Shown here: in pieces, positions 25,375 through 39,464 of the stretch
Numbering within the stretch: position 1 is the stretch's first letter
Layout of the letters: each line of letters begins with the position of its first letter
Assembly (NCBI RefSeq): GCF_009914755.1
Contig: NC_060925.1
Origin: the human T2T-CHM13v2.0 reference genome, Homo sapiens
Strand: one strand, 5' to 3'
DNA length: 64,000 nt
Translations under genes and position numbers: made by a program
Notes under the pieces: generated by a model
What the model was told of the DNA's origin: nothing
Database searches by the model: none
What the model saw: the letters and a program-made list of their open reading frames with translations, nothing else

Positions 25375-27678
25375 CATTATGGACTGAATGTTTGTGACTA
25401 CCCCCAACTCCCGCTTAAATTTATATGTTAAAGGCCTAACTCCTAGCATGGCTTTATTGAAGATGGGGCCTCTGAGAAAGTAATTAAGATTAAATAAGGT
25501 CATAAAGGCACAGCCCCAATCTGATAGATTTAGTATCTTTATTATAAGAAGAGACATGACATTTCTCTCTCTCTCTCTCTCCTTCTCTCTCTCTCCCTTT
25601 TTCTCTGCCATGTGAGGAAGAGCACTCTCACCAAAAAACAACCCTGCAAGACATTTAATCTTGGACTTCTAGCTTCTAGAACTATCAGTTGAGCCACCCA
25701 ATTTATGGCATTTTTATTATGGCAGCCTGAGCAAATTAATACAGATTTTAACATCAGAAGTGGGGTGCCACCGTAACAAATACCTGAAAATATATGCAGA
25801 AGTGGCTTTGGACCTGGGTGATGGGGAAAGGCTAGAAGAGTTTTGAGGTACATGCTAGCTTCAACCTAGATTGCCTTGAAGGGACTTTTGGTAGAAATAT
25901 GAAAGTTAAAGGCAATTCTGGTATGGGCTCAGAAAGAAAAGACAAGAGGTACAGAGAAAGCCTCTATCATCTTATGGGATATGTATATCATCATCAACAG
26001 ACTATTAGAAACATGGATGTTAAAGGCCATTCTGGTAAGGTCTTAGATGAAAATGAAGAGCAGGTTATTGAAAACTAGAAGAAATGTGATCCTTGTTATA
26101 AGGTGGCGAAGAACTTGGCTGAATTGTATTCTAATGTTTTGTGGAAGACAAAACTTGCCAGCAACAAAATTAAATATTTAGCTGAGGACATTTCCAAGCA
26201 AAGTGTTGAAGGAGGAGCTTGGATTTTCCTTATCACTTATAGTAAAATGTGAGAGGAGAAAGAAAAATTGAAGGAATTGTTAAGCAAAAAATGAACCAGA
26301 ATTTGAAGATTTGGAAAATTCTCAGCTTATCTATATTGAAAAAAAAAAAAGGAGAAAGCTTGTTCTAAAGAGAACACTAGAAGTGTGACTAAACAATTGT
26401 TTAATAAGAGATTAGTATGGGTGTAAACCTCGAATTCAATCAGCCACCTCAGCAAACCCAGGAATAGAGATGGGATTATACCAGCAGAAACTCTGCCAGC
26501 TGGACTAAAAGATTAAAGGGGATGGAAAAAATGGTAGGAGATGAAAGAAACTGTCAGACTTCTGGGATTCTACAGGACTGGACAATAGAGCTATCTGGCC
26601 AAGAATATGCTTTATTCTTCAAGAAAAGGAAAGAATGACCCCAAAGGCAATTCAGAGATCATCAGGGCTGATACTTCCAGCATAGGCCCAGTGGGGCCTC
26701 TTCAGTTTTGGGGGACCAGGTTGCCACTGCCAAGAGCCTCAGAGGCAAGGCCATGGTCTGGTGCTATGAGGGTGAGGCTGCCCCCATGGAGCTAAAGGGT
26801 ACCCTATAATTATGTTGGGTGATGCTGTTGCCCCAGTGGACCTGGAGGGCTGAGCATTGAATCAAAGGCTGTTCTTGAGCCTTAACATCTAATGAAATTT
26901 ACCTTGCTAGGTTGTCGACTTACTTGGGAGTCATCACCCCTTTCTTCTTTCTGATTTCTTCCTTTTGGGGTCTCTTCCTTTGGGAAGAGAAAGCACCTCT
27001 TTCTTTCTGTGCCTGTTCCACCATTGTATTATGGAAGCACATAATTCATCTGGCTTCACAGGATCAGAACTGGATAGAAATTTTGACTCAGGATGAATCG
27101 TACCTTGAGTCTCACTCATATCTGATCTAGATGAAGTTTAGATGAGACTTTGGACTAGACTTTGGACTATTTCACAATCAATGGGTTAAGACTTTTAGGG
27201 CTGCTGGGATGGAATGAATGTATTTTGCATGTGAGAAGGACATGAATTTGGGTGGGGCCAGAGAGCAAATTTTGTGAACTGAATGCTTCCGTCCCTCCCA
27301 AATTCATATGTTGAAGCCATAACCCCCAGTGTGGCTGTATTTGGAGATGAGACCTTTAAGGAAGTAATCAAGGTTAAATGAAATCTTAAGGGTGGAGTCC
27401 TGATCCAATAGGATTAGGGTTCTTATAAGATATACCAGAGAGCAGCACCCTTGCACATGCACACACACAAACAAATCCACCCCAACGAAAGGCCAGGTGA
27501 GGACATAGTGAGACAGAAGCCATCTCCAGGCCAGGAAGAGAGCCCTGATCAGAAACTGAGTCAGCCACAACCTTAATCTTGCACTTCCAGCCTCCAGAAC
27601 TGTAAGAACATAAATCTCTATTGTTTAGGCCTCCCAGTTTATGGTATTTTGTTATAGCAGCCGGAGCTGACTGAGACA
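25375..27678 (+). mobile_element. MLT1A-type MaLR provirus (LTR ~25375-25743, internal, LTR ~27270-27678)
   Basis: Two LTRs, internal starting gatttta..cagaagtggggtgc, MLT-int motifs; TSD cacat/cacac. Confidence 0.9.
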
Positions 27679-28129
27679 CACACCGTTCCCATCAGTACTA
27701 ATCCTGCACAAGCCTCCACACTCAGACTCTGCTACCCCTGCAGAGAGGGAAAGGGACAGTTTAGAAACAGAGCTGGAGCTGAGACACACGTAGTCGCTCC
27801 CAAGCAGAGGGCTGGGACTCGGCAGCCAAATAAAGACCAGACCACTTCTCTCGTTTGCTTCACTTTCCAGTCTAGTGTGGGTCAAGGAGCTCTCAAGGTG
27901 GAACCAGGATAAAGAAGCGTAACTACCTTTTTGTTCCAATCTGGTTTCAAGGAAACCTTTAAAAAGACTGTGGATTTGGAAGAGTGGCAACAAAAATGTG
28001 CCCTATTCTTATGTTTTAGGGGCTTCACAGTAAATGTCCCTGATGAACTAAGTACATGGTAGTTACAAGAGAGATGCCTTCAGTCATTATGCTAAGTGAT
28101 TAGGGTGAACATCACACGAGAGAAATGCC

Positions 28130-28335
28130 CAGGATTCCCTCTTAATCCCTCTAAGTACCTCACCTCTTGCTTTCCTGGCAGTTTGCACTTCTGGAGTAGT
28201 GCTTCTCACACTTGCCTCTCTGTGTAGTCTGCAGGCTCTGAGAAAGTGTGCCCTACTCACCTTCAGTGCTATCCCCCTGACACCAGCATGGGGGATTCAC
28301 ATGGGGGAGAGGCTCAGTAAATGTTACTAAATTAT
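28130..28335 (+). mobile_element. L2 3' end
   Basis: ctgcaggctctgagaa..caccagcat..ggctcagtaaatgtt. Confidence 0.55.
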
Positions 28336-28664
28336 ATTTGTCTGATTAGTGGAAATAAGAGATATCACTAGAGCAGGATAGAACTTGTTCATCAAAAGAA
28401 GAGGCAAGAAAAGCCAAATCTCCCTAAGAGTATTTCAGTGGTCCCAGACCCTTTCCTATGTGACAAGAAAGTGATGTTTAGGTGGCATTTTTCTCAAAAA
28501 ATGCAGGGTCTCCTCTACTGTCAACATTGAGGGTCTTGTGGGATGGATAGGGACTTTGAGCCATTGCTTTTTCCCTCTTCTTCATTGCTCTCATGCAGTT
28601 GTTATTGTTGCTGCTGGCATTTCAAAAATCATCACTTATTCTTGAAAATGCCTTCCTGTGGGAC

Positions 28665-29172
28665 AGCAAAATATGTAGCAGAGAGAGCCTTGGACTAAAA
28701 GTTAAGTGGATTAGGTCTTAATCCCACTACTTTCCCAAACTCTCCGTGTGAACTTGGGCAGATCTTTAGGTGCCCTTTTTCCCAGCTTCCTCTTTAAGGG
28801 TGGCATGGTGTAAGGAGAGTGGATTTGGGGGTAGAACGAACATGAGTTTAAATGCCAGACTTTCCTGTTATAAGTTATGTGGCCCTGGGCAAGTGACTTC
28901 ACTCTCTTAGCCTCAATTTCTTCATTTCTACATGAGGATAACACATGTCCTACTGTATAGTGTTGATAAGAGCTTTAAATATGTTCGTGTATGCCAAACA
29001 CTTCACAGAACACCTGGCACAAAGCAGGCATCCAAATATGCTATTTGCTTCACTCTTCCATAAAATGGGGCTTAATCCTCTGCTCTTCATACAGTTGTTT
29101 AAAGGATCAAATGAGATTGTAGGTAATAAAGATCCCTGAAAACTGCAAAGTACTATACACTTGTAAAGTAGT
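28665..29172 (+). mobile_element. Nested MIR elements
   Basis: MIR (28800-29045, gggcaagtgacttcactctcttagcctcaatttcttcat) inside another MIR/MIR3. Confidence 0.75.
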
Positions 29173-30513
29173 CACATGGGATTAAGAGAAACAGAACATG
29201 AATGACTAGCTCCTCTTGGATTATGCTCCAATATCCAAAGAAAATTGCCCAATATTTTCAAAGTATTTTTAAAACAATGTTAAAGAAGGAAACCAACATG
29301 AATTGCTTTATGATAGAAGCCATGGTGGGGGTTGGGGAAAGGAGGAAATGAAACTTCAAGTGTGGTAGGATATGGGCTGATGATAGAAGTGGCTCTGATT
29401 CATACCTATGTCCTGGTCCATCAGCAAAGTTTCATTCAAGCCCAAACTAAAAGTATCAGAAGAAAAAGACTAGTCCAATTACCATTTTGGTCTGTTTTTG
29501 GTGTTTCATGCTCACTGGAAAATCTGAAGATGGGTAATGTCAAAGTGTCTTTGTCGTGCCTCGTGCTGAGTGTGCCTGGCATATCAGAACACCTTGGCCA
29601 TCCTCTGTTCGTAGGACAGCACTTTCCAGAATGGTGCATGGAATGCTATTCCACACAATGTTACAGGGCTCTGCAGTCCAGGAAGTTCAGGAAAATCTTT
29701 ATTCTATTCTCGGACAGTCACAGGTCATATTCATAAAGTAAAAGTCCTGAGAAGTCCTATAGACAGGTATATTTGTATAACCCAGACTTTCCCAAACTAA
29801 TTAGACTGTAAGACTTTCCCCCTTCCTTCAATCTGCAAAGTCATATCAGTTAGAACAATATTCTCTAGAAACAAAAATACAAGAAAAGTTTTGTCTGCCC
29901 ACCAGGGACCCTGTTCTGCTGTGCTGGGACCACATCCTTACGCAGCAGAGCATGGTTGGAAGGAAACATCAGCTCCAGGACCTTTGCTAGATAATTGTGC
30001 TTATTCCTCCATCAGTGTGGTGAATGTGGGATGCCTCTTTGAGGAGCAGAGATCATAAATGCCCTTTCAGTGTAACAAATATTCACCACCATGAGCCCCT
30101 GCAGAGGGTCTTGGGCAAAGGAGCCCTATATAACCTCATGCAGTACCAGAGCACATTCCTTTCCTGGGTTTAGACACCATGATTCCCCATAACAATGGGA
30201 AGGTAAGGAGAGGGAGGAAACAAAGGTACTTCCCTCATTCCAGAATGAAACAACAAATGCATCAAAAATCAATTCAAAAAACTTGTTCTCCCTCCCCTTC
30301 TCAAAACCCTTGATTTCAGATCAAAACAGTTGGTAAGCTTGCCATTGAGAGAAATCTGGCATCTTTGAGGTGGTTACACAGTTTTCTGAATTCACTCTCT
30401 AAACATGGTTCTAGCTTAAAGAGCAAAAGCTTAAATTGAGCAGGAAAAAGTCACACAGGATAACCGGGCACATGTTTTACATCCTCTTTTCCCAGCACCC
30501 TGCAGGGGCATGC

Positions 30514-30525
30514 GCACACACACAT

Positions 30526-30563
<38 letters not shown>
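30514..30563. repeat. (CA)n microsatellite
   Basis: Direct inspection. Confidence 0.96.
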
Positions 30564-30565
<2 letters not shown>

Positions 30566-30779
30566 ATTCTTCTATTTATTTTCCTCCACTATTCATATTC
30601 ATTGGCATCATCCTTTCCTCCCAGTGATGATCTACTCCATTGTCTTTTTGCCGCATAATTCAGTTCAAGACAATTGTTTCTTATCCACTGTGTGCCAGGC
30701 ACTGAGCTTAGAGTCATCCGTTCTCAGAGTCATCTTGGAGCAGAGTCATCTTGGATACCGCCCCCTTCTGCACAGTGTC

Positions 30780-31285
30780 TAACTGATCACAAACTCCTAT
30801 CAATGCTGCTGCTCTGATCACAAACCCCTATCAATTCTGCCTCTGAAATTTCACCCAAATATTACCAGATCTCTTTCCTTACTGCCCTCTCCTTATTTCT
30901 CACCCAGAAAATTGCAGCAGCCGGTTGTGTCTCCTTGCCTTCAGCATCTATCCATTTCCAAACTATTTCAGACATAAATCTGATTATGAATTCATAATGC
31001 AAAGATCTTCGATGGCTCTGCATTTTCCACAGAAAATAATCCCAACTTTAGACAGTGGTCTAAGGGGTCCTTCAGAGTCTAGCCCCCAGTTACCTATAAA
31101 ATTCCAAGTTTCCAGGACTCCTGCCTTCTTCTTTTCCCCTTTCATACCTCCCCTAATAGTAATGCCGGGTCTAATTCATCACTGTAACATCAGTACACAA
31201 CCAGGACTGGTACATTCAGGTACTCACCAAATCTATGTCCAGTGATATGTGGCACAGATAGACGGATGGATAAATGGAAAAGATG
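30780..31285 (+). mobile_element. L2 fragment
   Basis: atttctcacccaga..ttgcagcagcc, aaatctgattatg, ggtactcaccaaat, gatggataaatgg. Confidence 0.65.
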
Positions 31286-31317
31286 TTTCCTATTTCAGCA
31301 GCAATAGGGAAGCAAGT

Positions 31318-31754
31318 GTATGCTTTCCTATTGCTGCTGAAAGAAATTACCACAAACTACGTGGTTTCAAACAATACAAAGTTATGATATTATAGTTCTG
31401 GAAGTCAGACATCCAAAATGAGGCAGCCGGGCTGTGTTGCTTCTGAAGGCTCCAGGGAAGAATCTGTTTGTCTTTTCCAGCTTCTAGAGGCTGCCTGCAT
31501 TCGTTGGCTTATGGTGCCCTCCATCTTTAAATGCATCACTCCAATCTCTGCTTCCATAGTCTCATATCCTTCCTCTCTCTGCATCTCTGACTTTGACACT
31601 CCTGCATCTCTCTTATAAGGACTCTTGTGATTGCATCATTGGGCCTTCCAAGATAATCCAAGATGCTCTCCCTATCTCTTGATCATTCATCATATCTCCA
31701 AAGTCCCTCTTGCCATTATTCACAATTATGTGGAGCCATTTTTCAGCCTTCCAC
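31318..31754 (-). mobile_element. MaLR LTR (MLT1C/D-like)
   Basis: ttgctgct..aaattaccacaaact..tagttctggaagtcaga..ttctgaaggctccagggaagaatc..cagcttctagaggctgcc..cagccttccaca. Confidence 0.88.
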
Positions 31755-31799
31755 AGTGAACAAGTACATTTTTTAAGAGAGTTTATGATGGGTGTCGCA

Positions 31800-33330
31800 T
31801 AAACTGCCAGGGGAAATCATAAACAGGTGAGCCTGAAGTCTGCCTAGAAAGGCAAAGAAAAGCATTACAGATGGAATGGTTCTTAAACTGTGTTTGAAGA
31901 ACACACAGGTGTTCTAACTGGACAAAGGGAAGCAGCCTATCCAACTGGAGGACACAGCATAACCAAAACTAAAGAGGCCTGGGGATGGGGGCAGCAGGTG
32001 GGCATGACTGAAGCACAAGGTTCAAATATTGGAGGTGGAGGGCAGGACCTTACATGCCAAGCTGATGAATTTAGAGTTTAATCTGGAGTCTGCATGGAAT
32101 CATCAGCAAAGCAATCAGGGATATGACATACTATATTCTAGAACAGCATCATCCATTAGAAGTTCCTAGAATGAATGAAATATTCCCTGTCTGCACTATT
32201 CACTTAGCCACATGGGCTACTGAGGACTCAATATGTAGCTAGGGTAACTAAGAAACTGAATTTTAAATTTTATTTAATTTTAATAAATTTAAACTTAAAT
32301 AGATGAAGGCAGCTAGTGGCTACTGTACTGGATAATGCTATTCCAGAAATATCATCTGGAGAGTGAATTGAAGGTAATTTGGAGGTGCGGGAGACTGAAG
32401 GCAGGATTCCAGAGAGCATGTACCCAGGTGAAAAGTGATCACAACCTGAACCGAAACAGGAGCAGTTGAAATCATGTTTGGTGGAGACATTAAAGGGAAA
32501 TGTCAAATGTAGGATTAGGGGGATTTGGTTGATTGGATCTAGGCATAGTCAAGACATGGATGCATCTCTGTTTCTCATTTGGGTGGCCGAATGATGCTAT
32601 TTACCAAGCAAAAGGGACAGAGTTAAAGGTAAGATGAATATCTTAATCTGTTAACAAACCTAATTTTTAGATACCTATTAGTAAAGACATTCCAAAATAC
32701 CTATGTGTAGAGCCCACGAGAGGGAGATCTGGAATGACGAACTGGGTTTGGAAACTATCAGTGACAGGTGATGGCTAAATCCCAGGGCATAGCTCATTTT
32801 GCCCAGGAGGAGTAAAGAGCATAGAAAAGCCAAGGCCAAAAGACAGAACCACAAGAAGCACCCTCATTTAAAAAACAGCAAAGGCTGGGAAGCATAAATT
32901 AATGAGCTACAAGGAAAGATGGAAGAGAAGGGGTTGTGGGCTCCCAAAGAGGGAAGAGACTCCAAAGGAAATTGTCAATTTCCCTTAGGGAAGTCAAATG
33001 TGACAATGACTGACAAGCTGCCATGGGATGTGAAATGGCAGGATAGTTTCAATAGTGTTGGGGGTGTGGAGAGGGCAGTGGAAGCCAGAGGATTTATGGG
33101 TGATTGGAGGAAGAAAGTGGGGCACCATCACAGATCCTTTGTTTTAACTCTGGTCTCTGTGAGTTTGACGGTCAAGAGAGAAAGAGAAGCAGAGCAGGAA
33201 AGAAAGAGGAACGTGAGAGTAAAAGGACAGGTGAAACTTGCACCGATTTACAAGCTGCAGGAAAGAAGACCAAAGTGTCGGGGAAGCTACAAATGCAGGA
33301 GAAAGAGGGAAGGGACATAGAGGGGCTGAC
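31800..33330 (-). mobile_element. L2 fragments, interrupted by MER3
   Basis: Purine-rich L2 antisense motifs (tttgaagaac, ttggttgattggat, ccaaggccaaaagacagaacc). Confidence 0.6.
32144..32340 (+). mobile_element. MER3 hAT MITE
   Basis: cagc..tccattagaa..tagccacatgggctactgag..actgaattttaaatttt..gctagtggctactgtactgga; TSD ttctagaa/ttccagaa. Confidence 0.88.
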
Positions 33331-34777
33331 AGCTATCCAGACCAAGCAGTCTTGTCTTTAGCTTTCCATAAAATAAAAGAAAATAGAAAAACATATATCT
33401 AGATTCCATTTTTTAAATCCCCATTTAAAAAGTAATTGTATGTGCACAAATAGTACAGTCTGTTGTCAAATGTAAGCAATAGCACAGATATTTATCAGTA
33501 TGCTTTCCCTACCAGGCCATTTTGGGAGTACACATTTAATTAAAGTATATCTTGTATTTCTATCAAAATCTCTGCCAGGGAATGACTGACGGAGCATTCA
33601 GAACCCCTGAGAATCAGCCCCTGGCCACTAGCTGAGCAGAGGCCAGAAGGGCCTTCTTTCCAGATGGCTTCAGAGGAGAGTTTATGCAGAGCAAAGCTAC
33701 AAGAAGATAAGATAAGAACACTTTGCTCCCTCAGGTCCCCCATTGCTCCACCCCCTGCTCCCCCAAGACACATGCCAGTAAACCCTACTGTTGCATGAGA
33801 GTGGGACAGCACAGTTCCCACCTGGGCTCATCTTCCCTTTAACTCAGAGAAGGCCAGCTGGCTTAGAGTTGTCCCTTAGAAGAGGCCTCAGGGAAGGTCA
33901 GGGGAACCGAAAGGGAAAATGGGGGAGCAGGAGGGAGCAAGAAAGAGTAAGATGGAATTCCACAACCCAATGAGTTGTGGGAGGGAATGTCAAAGTAAAC
34001 CAAAATTTATGTTACCCATTTTAGATTTTGGCCTTGGGAGTATCAAGGAAACATAGAGAGTTAGATAATGTACTATGGGAAGGGTGACTCTAGGCCAGCA
34101 CCTTGCAAGCTCTTGGAGAAAGAGGAGGAGTAAGGGTGAAGGGGAGAAGAGGGGAGAGGGGAGAGAGAAGGTGGGAGGAGGTGGCATAGAAGTCCAATGC
34201 AACTGTGTTTTGCTATTCTCTCAATTTCTCACATCATCAGCCCACATTCCCAGTCAAGTGCCGGGGTTGAAAATCTGTTAAATGTTTATGTGACTCTCAT
34301 GGAAGCTTTCCTTCTCTTTATTGGCACTCAAAATGGTGGCAGCCTGGCCCTGTTTATTCATTAATGCCTCTAAGTCAATACTGAAGAAGAAGTCAGAGGA
34401 CTAGCAAATGGCAAAGCCAACAGCTCTTTCCTATGTCTCCAAGGAAGGGAGAATGTTCAAGACAGCCCATATTCCTTTCTGTCAGAAGCTAAAAATACAG
34501 AAGAAAAAAATAAACTTCCAACCAGTTGAGAAATTTTAAAGGTAACTTATCATTTTCAGATCAGGAAAGTATGGCCCAGAAATGCTAAATGAATTGTCCA
34601 AAGAAACAGGCTAGAGCCAAGATCCCCAGATCCATATTTAGTTCCCTTTCCACTGACTCAGAGGTTTTCAAACTGTTGCCTGGAGGTATTGTGGAGAAGC
34701 GGACAGCCAGGAGGAAGCCCAGTCAAATAGGCAGACTGCTTTCTTAACAGTCAACCATGGTAATTCCCTTTCATCTG

Positions 34778-34842
34778 ACACACACATATACACACATACA
34801 CACACACACTTACACACACATGCATGCACACAAACACACACA
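34778..34842. repeat. Imperfect (CA)n
   Basis: Direct inspection. Confidence 0.9.
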
Positions 34843-35102
34843 TGGCTTTTGCATAATATTACATTTGAAGGAATTTTCTGCTACTAAAACTAAGTTTTAA
34901 AAAAACACCGTTGCCATACTTAACGTTTTATGTACAACAAGACCTCAGGCCTTACTCTATAAACTAATTGTCAAATACACAGCCTTGTTTTCAATATGAG
35001 TGTGATTTATGACTGATGAGGGACCTGAGTGAATAAAAAGAGTGAGAATTAATTCAGGAAGATACTATATGACAAGCGGACCATCACTAGGAAGTGTATG
35101 AC

Positions 35103-35290
35103 AATAGTTGCATACACTTTTGCAAGCACTGAAATCACCCAAAGAGCTTGTTAAAACACAGATTGTTGGATCTCACACTAGAGTTTCTGTTTCAGAAAAT
35201 GTGGGGTGGTGCCCCAAAATCTGCATTTCTAACAAGTCCCTAGAGGCTGCTGATGCTGCTGCTTCAGGGACCACCCTTTGAGAACCAATG
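35103..35290. mobile_element. MER5A hAT MITE
   Basis: aatcacc..gagcttgttaaaacacagattg..atctgcatttctaacaag..tgatgctgc..ggaccaccctttgagaacca. Confidence 0.88.
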
Positions 35291-35694
35291 GTACAGAGTG
35301 TAGACTGTTGAATAGGAGTTAGTTCTATCATGAGGTCTTCATGATGCTTCAAACTGAACTTTCAGTGTAAAACAAGAAGGACTCCTTTTAGAGGCAATAT
35401 TATTCAACCAGTGAAAATAATACTTGGGAACTTCGTAAGACATGAAAAAGTATAAGATTGAATAAAAAATATGACTTCAGTGAGAAAATGTAATAGGAAG
35501 AAAAGTGAAATATGCTAATAATTTTCTCTGCTGTATAAAACAGACATTGACCTCTAGATTTTGTGCAGGTATGGTGGTTGGTGGTTGGGGCAGAAATAAA
35601 TGTGTGTCCTAGTTACTCGTTCATATAAAAACCATTTATAAACATTGGAGTTTGGAGTAGAAATAAATCCCTATTTATATGTGCATGAGTATCA

Positions 35695-36070
35695 TATGCA
35701 CTCATTCTTTCCACAAATATTTACAAATTCCTGCTATATAACAGGCACTAGGGGGAAAGACACATGTTCATTGCCTTTAGTCTGGTGGAGGAAACAGGAA
35801 GTGAGATAAGAGCTAAGAGAAATGTATGGAAAATCCTACGAAGGGGGAACCATTTGGTTTGGTAGATATTGAGCTCTGTTTGGAATGGTGTATATTTGGG
35901 TTGTATGTGTCTGTAACTCATGAGGGAAACCTGGGCTGGAGATGTAGACTGGCCATCCCTATCTATTTATGGGTATAAATGATTTCTCCATGAAAACAGG
36001 TGTAGTGTGAGAAAAGGAATATTAGCATTTATGGGTCAGGTAGAAGAGGAGTAGCCAGCAGAGAATAGTG
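35695..36070 (-). mobile_element. L2 fragment
   Basis: cactcattcttt..acaaatattta..caggcact..gggctggagatgtagact. Confidence 0.6.
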
Positions 36071-36449
36071 GGAGGCTGACTGTGGACTAATAGAAATGTA
36101 AAGATAACGTATACAATTAAGGTCATATTAATATTTATGTTTTGAGCACCAATAACTTATTTACTTGAAATAATATGTCTTTAGTAATTTAGTCAATATG
36201 CCCTGTGAGAAAGAGCTAACATGCTAAATTACTCATAGCATGTCTTATACTTCCCGGTTAGAATCCAACCTCACTTGTATTTTCACATATCCTGGTGTCT
36301 TATGTAAGTAAACAAAAGATAATCCCTCACAGAAAGCTCTAAAACCCTAATTAATAATTTTCCTAATAGTTTTATTCTTAGGGCCATTAGCTTTCAGTCA
36401 TTTAGTCTTGAAATGCCGTTGAAATTTACAAAGATAAAATGCTACTCTA

Positions 36450-36800
36450 TAAGAGAAATGAACAAACCATCGATACTACAACATGGATTAATCTTAAATG
36501 CATTTGCTAAGTGAAAGAAGACAGACCTAAAAGGCAAATACCACATGATTTCATTTATGTGACATTGTGGAAAAGACAAAACTTATAGAAACAAAGAACA
36601 GATCAGTGACTTTCAGGGGTGAGGGGTGGAAATTTTAACTACAAAGCAACAGCACAAAGGACTGTTGAGAATGATAAAAGTGTTCTGTAGCTTAATAACA
36701 GTGATGCTTACATGATTCTATACATTTGTCAAAACTATAAAACTCTAAACCTCAAAGAGTAGATTTTACTATATGTAAATTTAAAAATAAATAAAAATCT
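36450..36800 (+). mobile_element. L1M 3'UTR end
   Basis: acatggattaatctta..gctaagtgaaagaagacagac..catttgtcaaaact..aaataaataaaaa. Confidence 0.85.
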
Positions 36801-36837
36801 TAAAATATCAATCTCTAATAGTTACTACTTCAAAGGA

Positions 36838-37217
36838 TGCTATGGTTTGAATGTGTCCCCCAAAGTTCATGTGTTTGAAACACAATCCCAAATGCAACAG
36901 TGCTGAGAGGCGGGACCTTTAAGAGGTGATTAGGGTGTGAGGGCTCTACTCTCCTCTCTTGAATACATTAATGTTGTTATCTCCAGAGCAGGTTTTCTAT
37001 AAGAGCAAATTCAGCTCTCTTTTTTTCCCTCTTGCACCGTCTTGTGCTCTTTCATCTTCTCCCATGGGATAACACAGCAAGGAGGCCCTTACCAGATGCA
37101 GCCCCTCAATGTTAAACTTCCCAGCCTCTAGAACCATGAGCCAAATAAACTTCTGTTGTGTATAAATTACCCAGTCTGTGGTATTCTGTTATAGCAATAG
37201 CAAAATGGACTAAGACA
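36838..37217 (+). mobile_element. MSTB-like solo LTR
   Basis: tgctatggtttgaatgtgtccccc..ccagcctctagaaccatgagccaaataaa..atggactaagaca; flanking aaagga direct repeat. Confidence 0.92.
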
Positions 37218-39135
37218 AAAGGATCTTATTTAAAATAAATCCAACTTGTCATTTTATGATCAAATCATCTACGCGCACACACACACTCATTCCTTCTTGT
37301 AGAAATTCCATACAAAGTTATTTATTTGCTAGTAATCTTACTCCAGGGGTGTTTAGCTGACTTTCCCGAGACAGAATAGAAGGTGGCTGTTCAACTCTTT
37401 TTCCTGAGGTGCCTCAAATTTCTACTTGTTCATTAAGAGAATTCTCCAGAGACAGATGTATTACAGCACTTTGAGAACTATATTCACACCCATTGCTGAA
37501 GAGTGAAAAGAGATAGCTCAAGGTTCCACTCTGTGAAACAATTTAGTGGCTAAATGTGTTACTTAGGAACTAAATCCAAGCAGGTACTTAAAAAGAAGCA
37601 ATTGAACATAGTGACAAATACTTCCCAGAGTATATGGGTATTTAGACTTCTGCTTAAGTCTTCCATTCCTGCATCTGTGCACATATTACACTTCAAGTAC
37701 ACATCTCTTTATATACTCTATTACCTCGTGGCCATTACTTGTGGGTGATGAATGCTAGTGTTCACAGAACAGCGTGCTGATGCATTTTTTCCTGCCATTG
37801 TATGTAACATGTTTTCTAATTCTTTTGCTCTATTCAGCATTTGACCCCAACGATGGGGGATTATGGTATTAACTCTCTACCCAGCACACATTCTTTACAG
37901 ACTCTCACTAAATACTGTAAGCCTGCTGCAGAGAGGAATAAAAGTGAAAGCATACCGTCTGGTCTTAAGCTGAGCACACAGAGGGTCGTGATCCAATTGG
38001 AAGGGAAGCAGAATTTTTAAAAAGAAAGAGGTTTGACCAAATTTTAATCCATGTCATTTTCATTTCTCTTACCCTGTGGATTTGGGTGATTTTATTTACA
38101 CTGTCAGCTTGAGCCTAGGGATTGGAAATCAGGCTTTTATGGAGATTATTAAAAGTACATACAGTACACTAAAGGTTGGGCTAACTCTGATATATGCTGC
38201 TAAAAATATGAATGTGAGTGCCCTGGTATTAGAAGCCACGGGCGTACATTTCATCCTCCTTAGAAGGTTATTCTTGGGAGCTGGCCCTGCTGCAATGGTA
38301 ATGAGATGCAGGCTGTCAGGATATTTCTGATAGGTAGCAAATGACCAGAGATGGAGATGAATCAGCATTACTCAGATGAGAAGGTAGCTCTTTATACCAT
38401 TAATTCCAATCCAAAGTAATTCCACCATCCTTCTCCCAAAAGAGAGGGCACTGTAAATGTGGGGGAGGGGAAGAGCAGAAAGCTAAAGCTCCAAGGATTT
38501 ACTGATGGTTTGGACGGGCTGCAATGTCATCCAAGTTTCTAGGCTGAGTTTTGTTGAGTCTGAGCTTCTCAGATGCATCACCAGTAACTTTCAGTTAAGT
38601 AATGTCGTATAGGCTTAGTTAGGTTACAAAGATAACGCTCTACACCTCAGTCAGAATCTTTAAGATCTCAATAGATAAAAATGAAACGGTTTATCAGATC
38701 TCAAAATACTAGGAGCATTCACTCTTTAATGAGGTAGATTTAGGATCTCAAAGATGTGAAAGTACTATTTTACAAAGCAGTTGACTATGAGGGCCTTGTG
38801 TCCTTGCAAGGTTATATATTATGACCATCTAAATAGGCTTAAGCAGGTTTTAGGAGATGCATGGATAACAGCTCCATGATGGATCGCTGTGACAAAATGG
38901 GATATTTTAGGGACTTATTTCCAATTACTGGGGGCCAATGACATTCCCATGCCTACTTCATGGTCTCCTTAGGTGCCACTGATAGATCAAGAGTCACTGC
39001 TATGATGAAGCTTTGAAATGTGTCAAATACCTAGAAATGGAGAGGAAGGAAGATGGCAGGAAATTCCAAATCTTTATTTCACCTGGAGCTCTCAAGTCTC
39101 AAGACCAGGACAATAATGTTCAGTTTAAGGACTAA

Positions 39136-39464
<329 letters not shown>

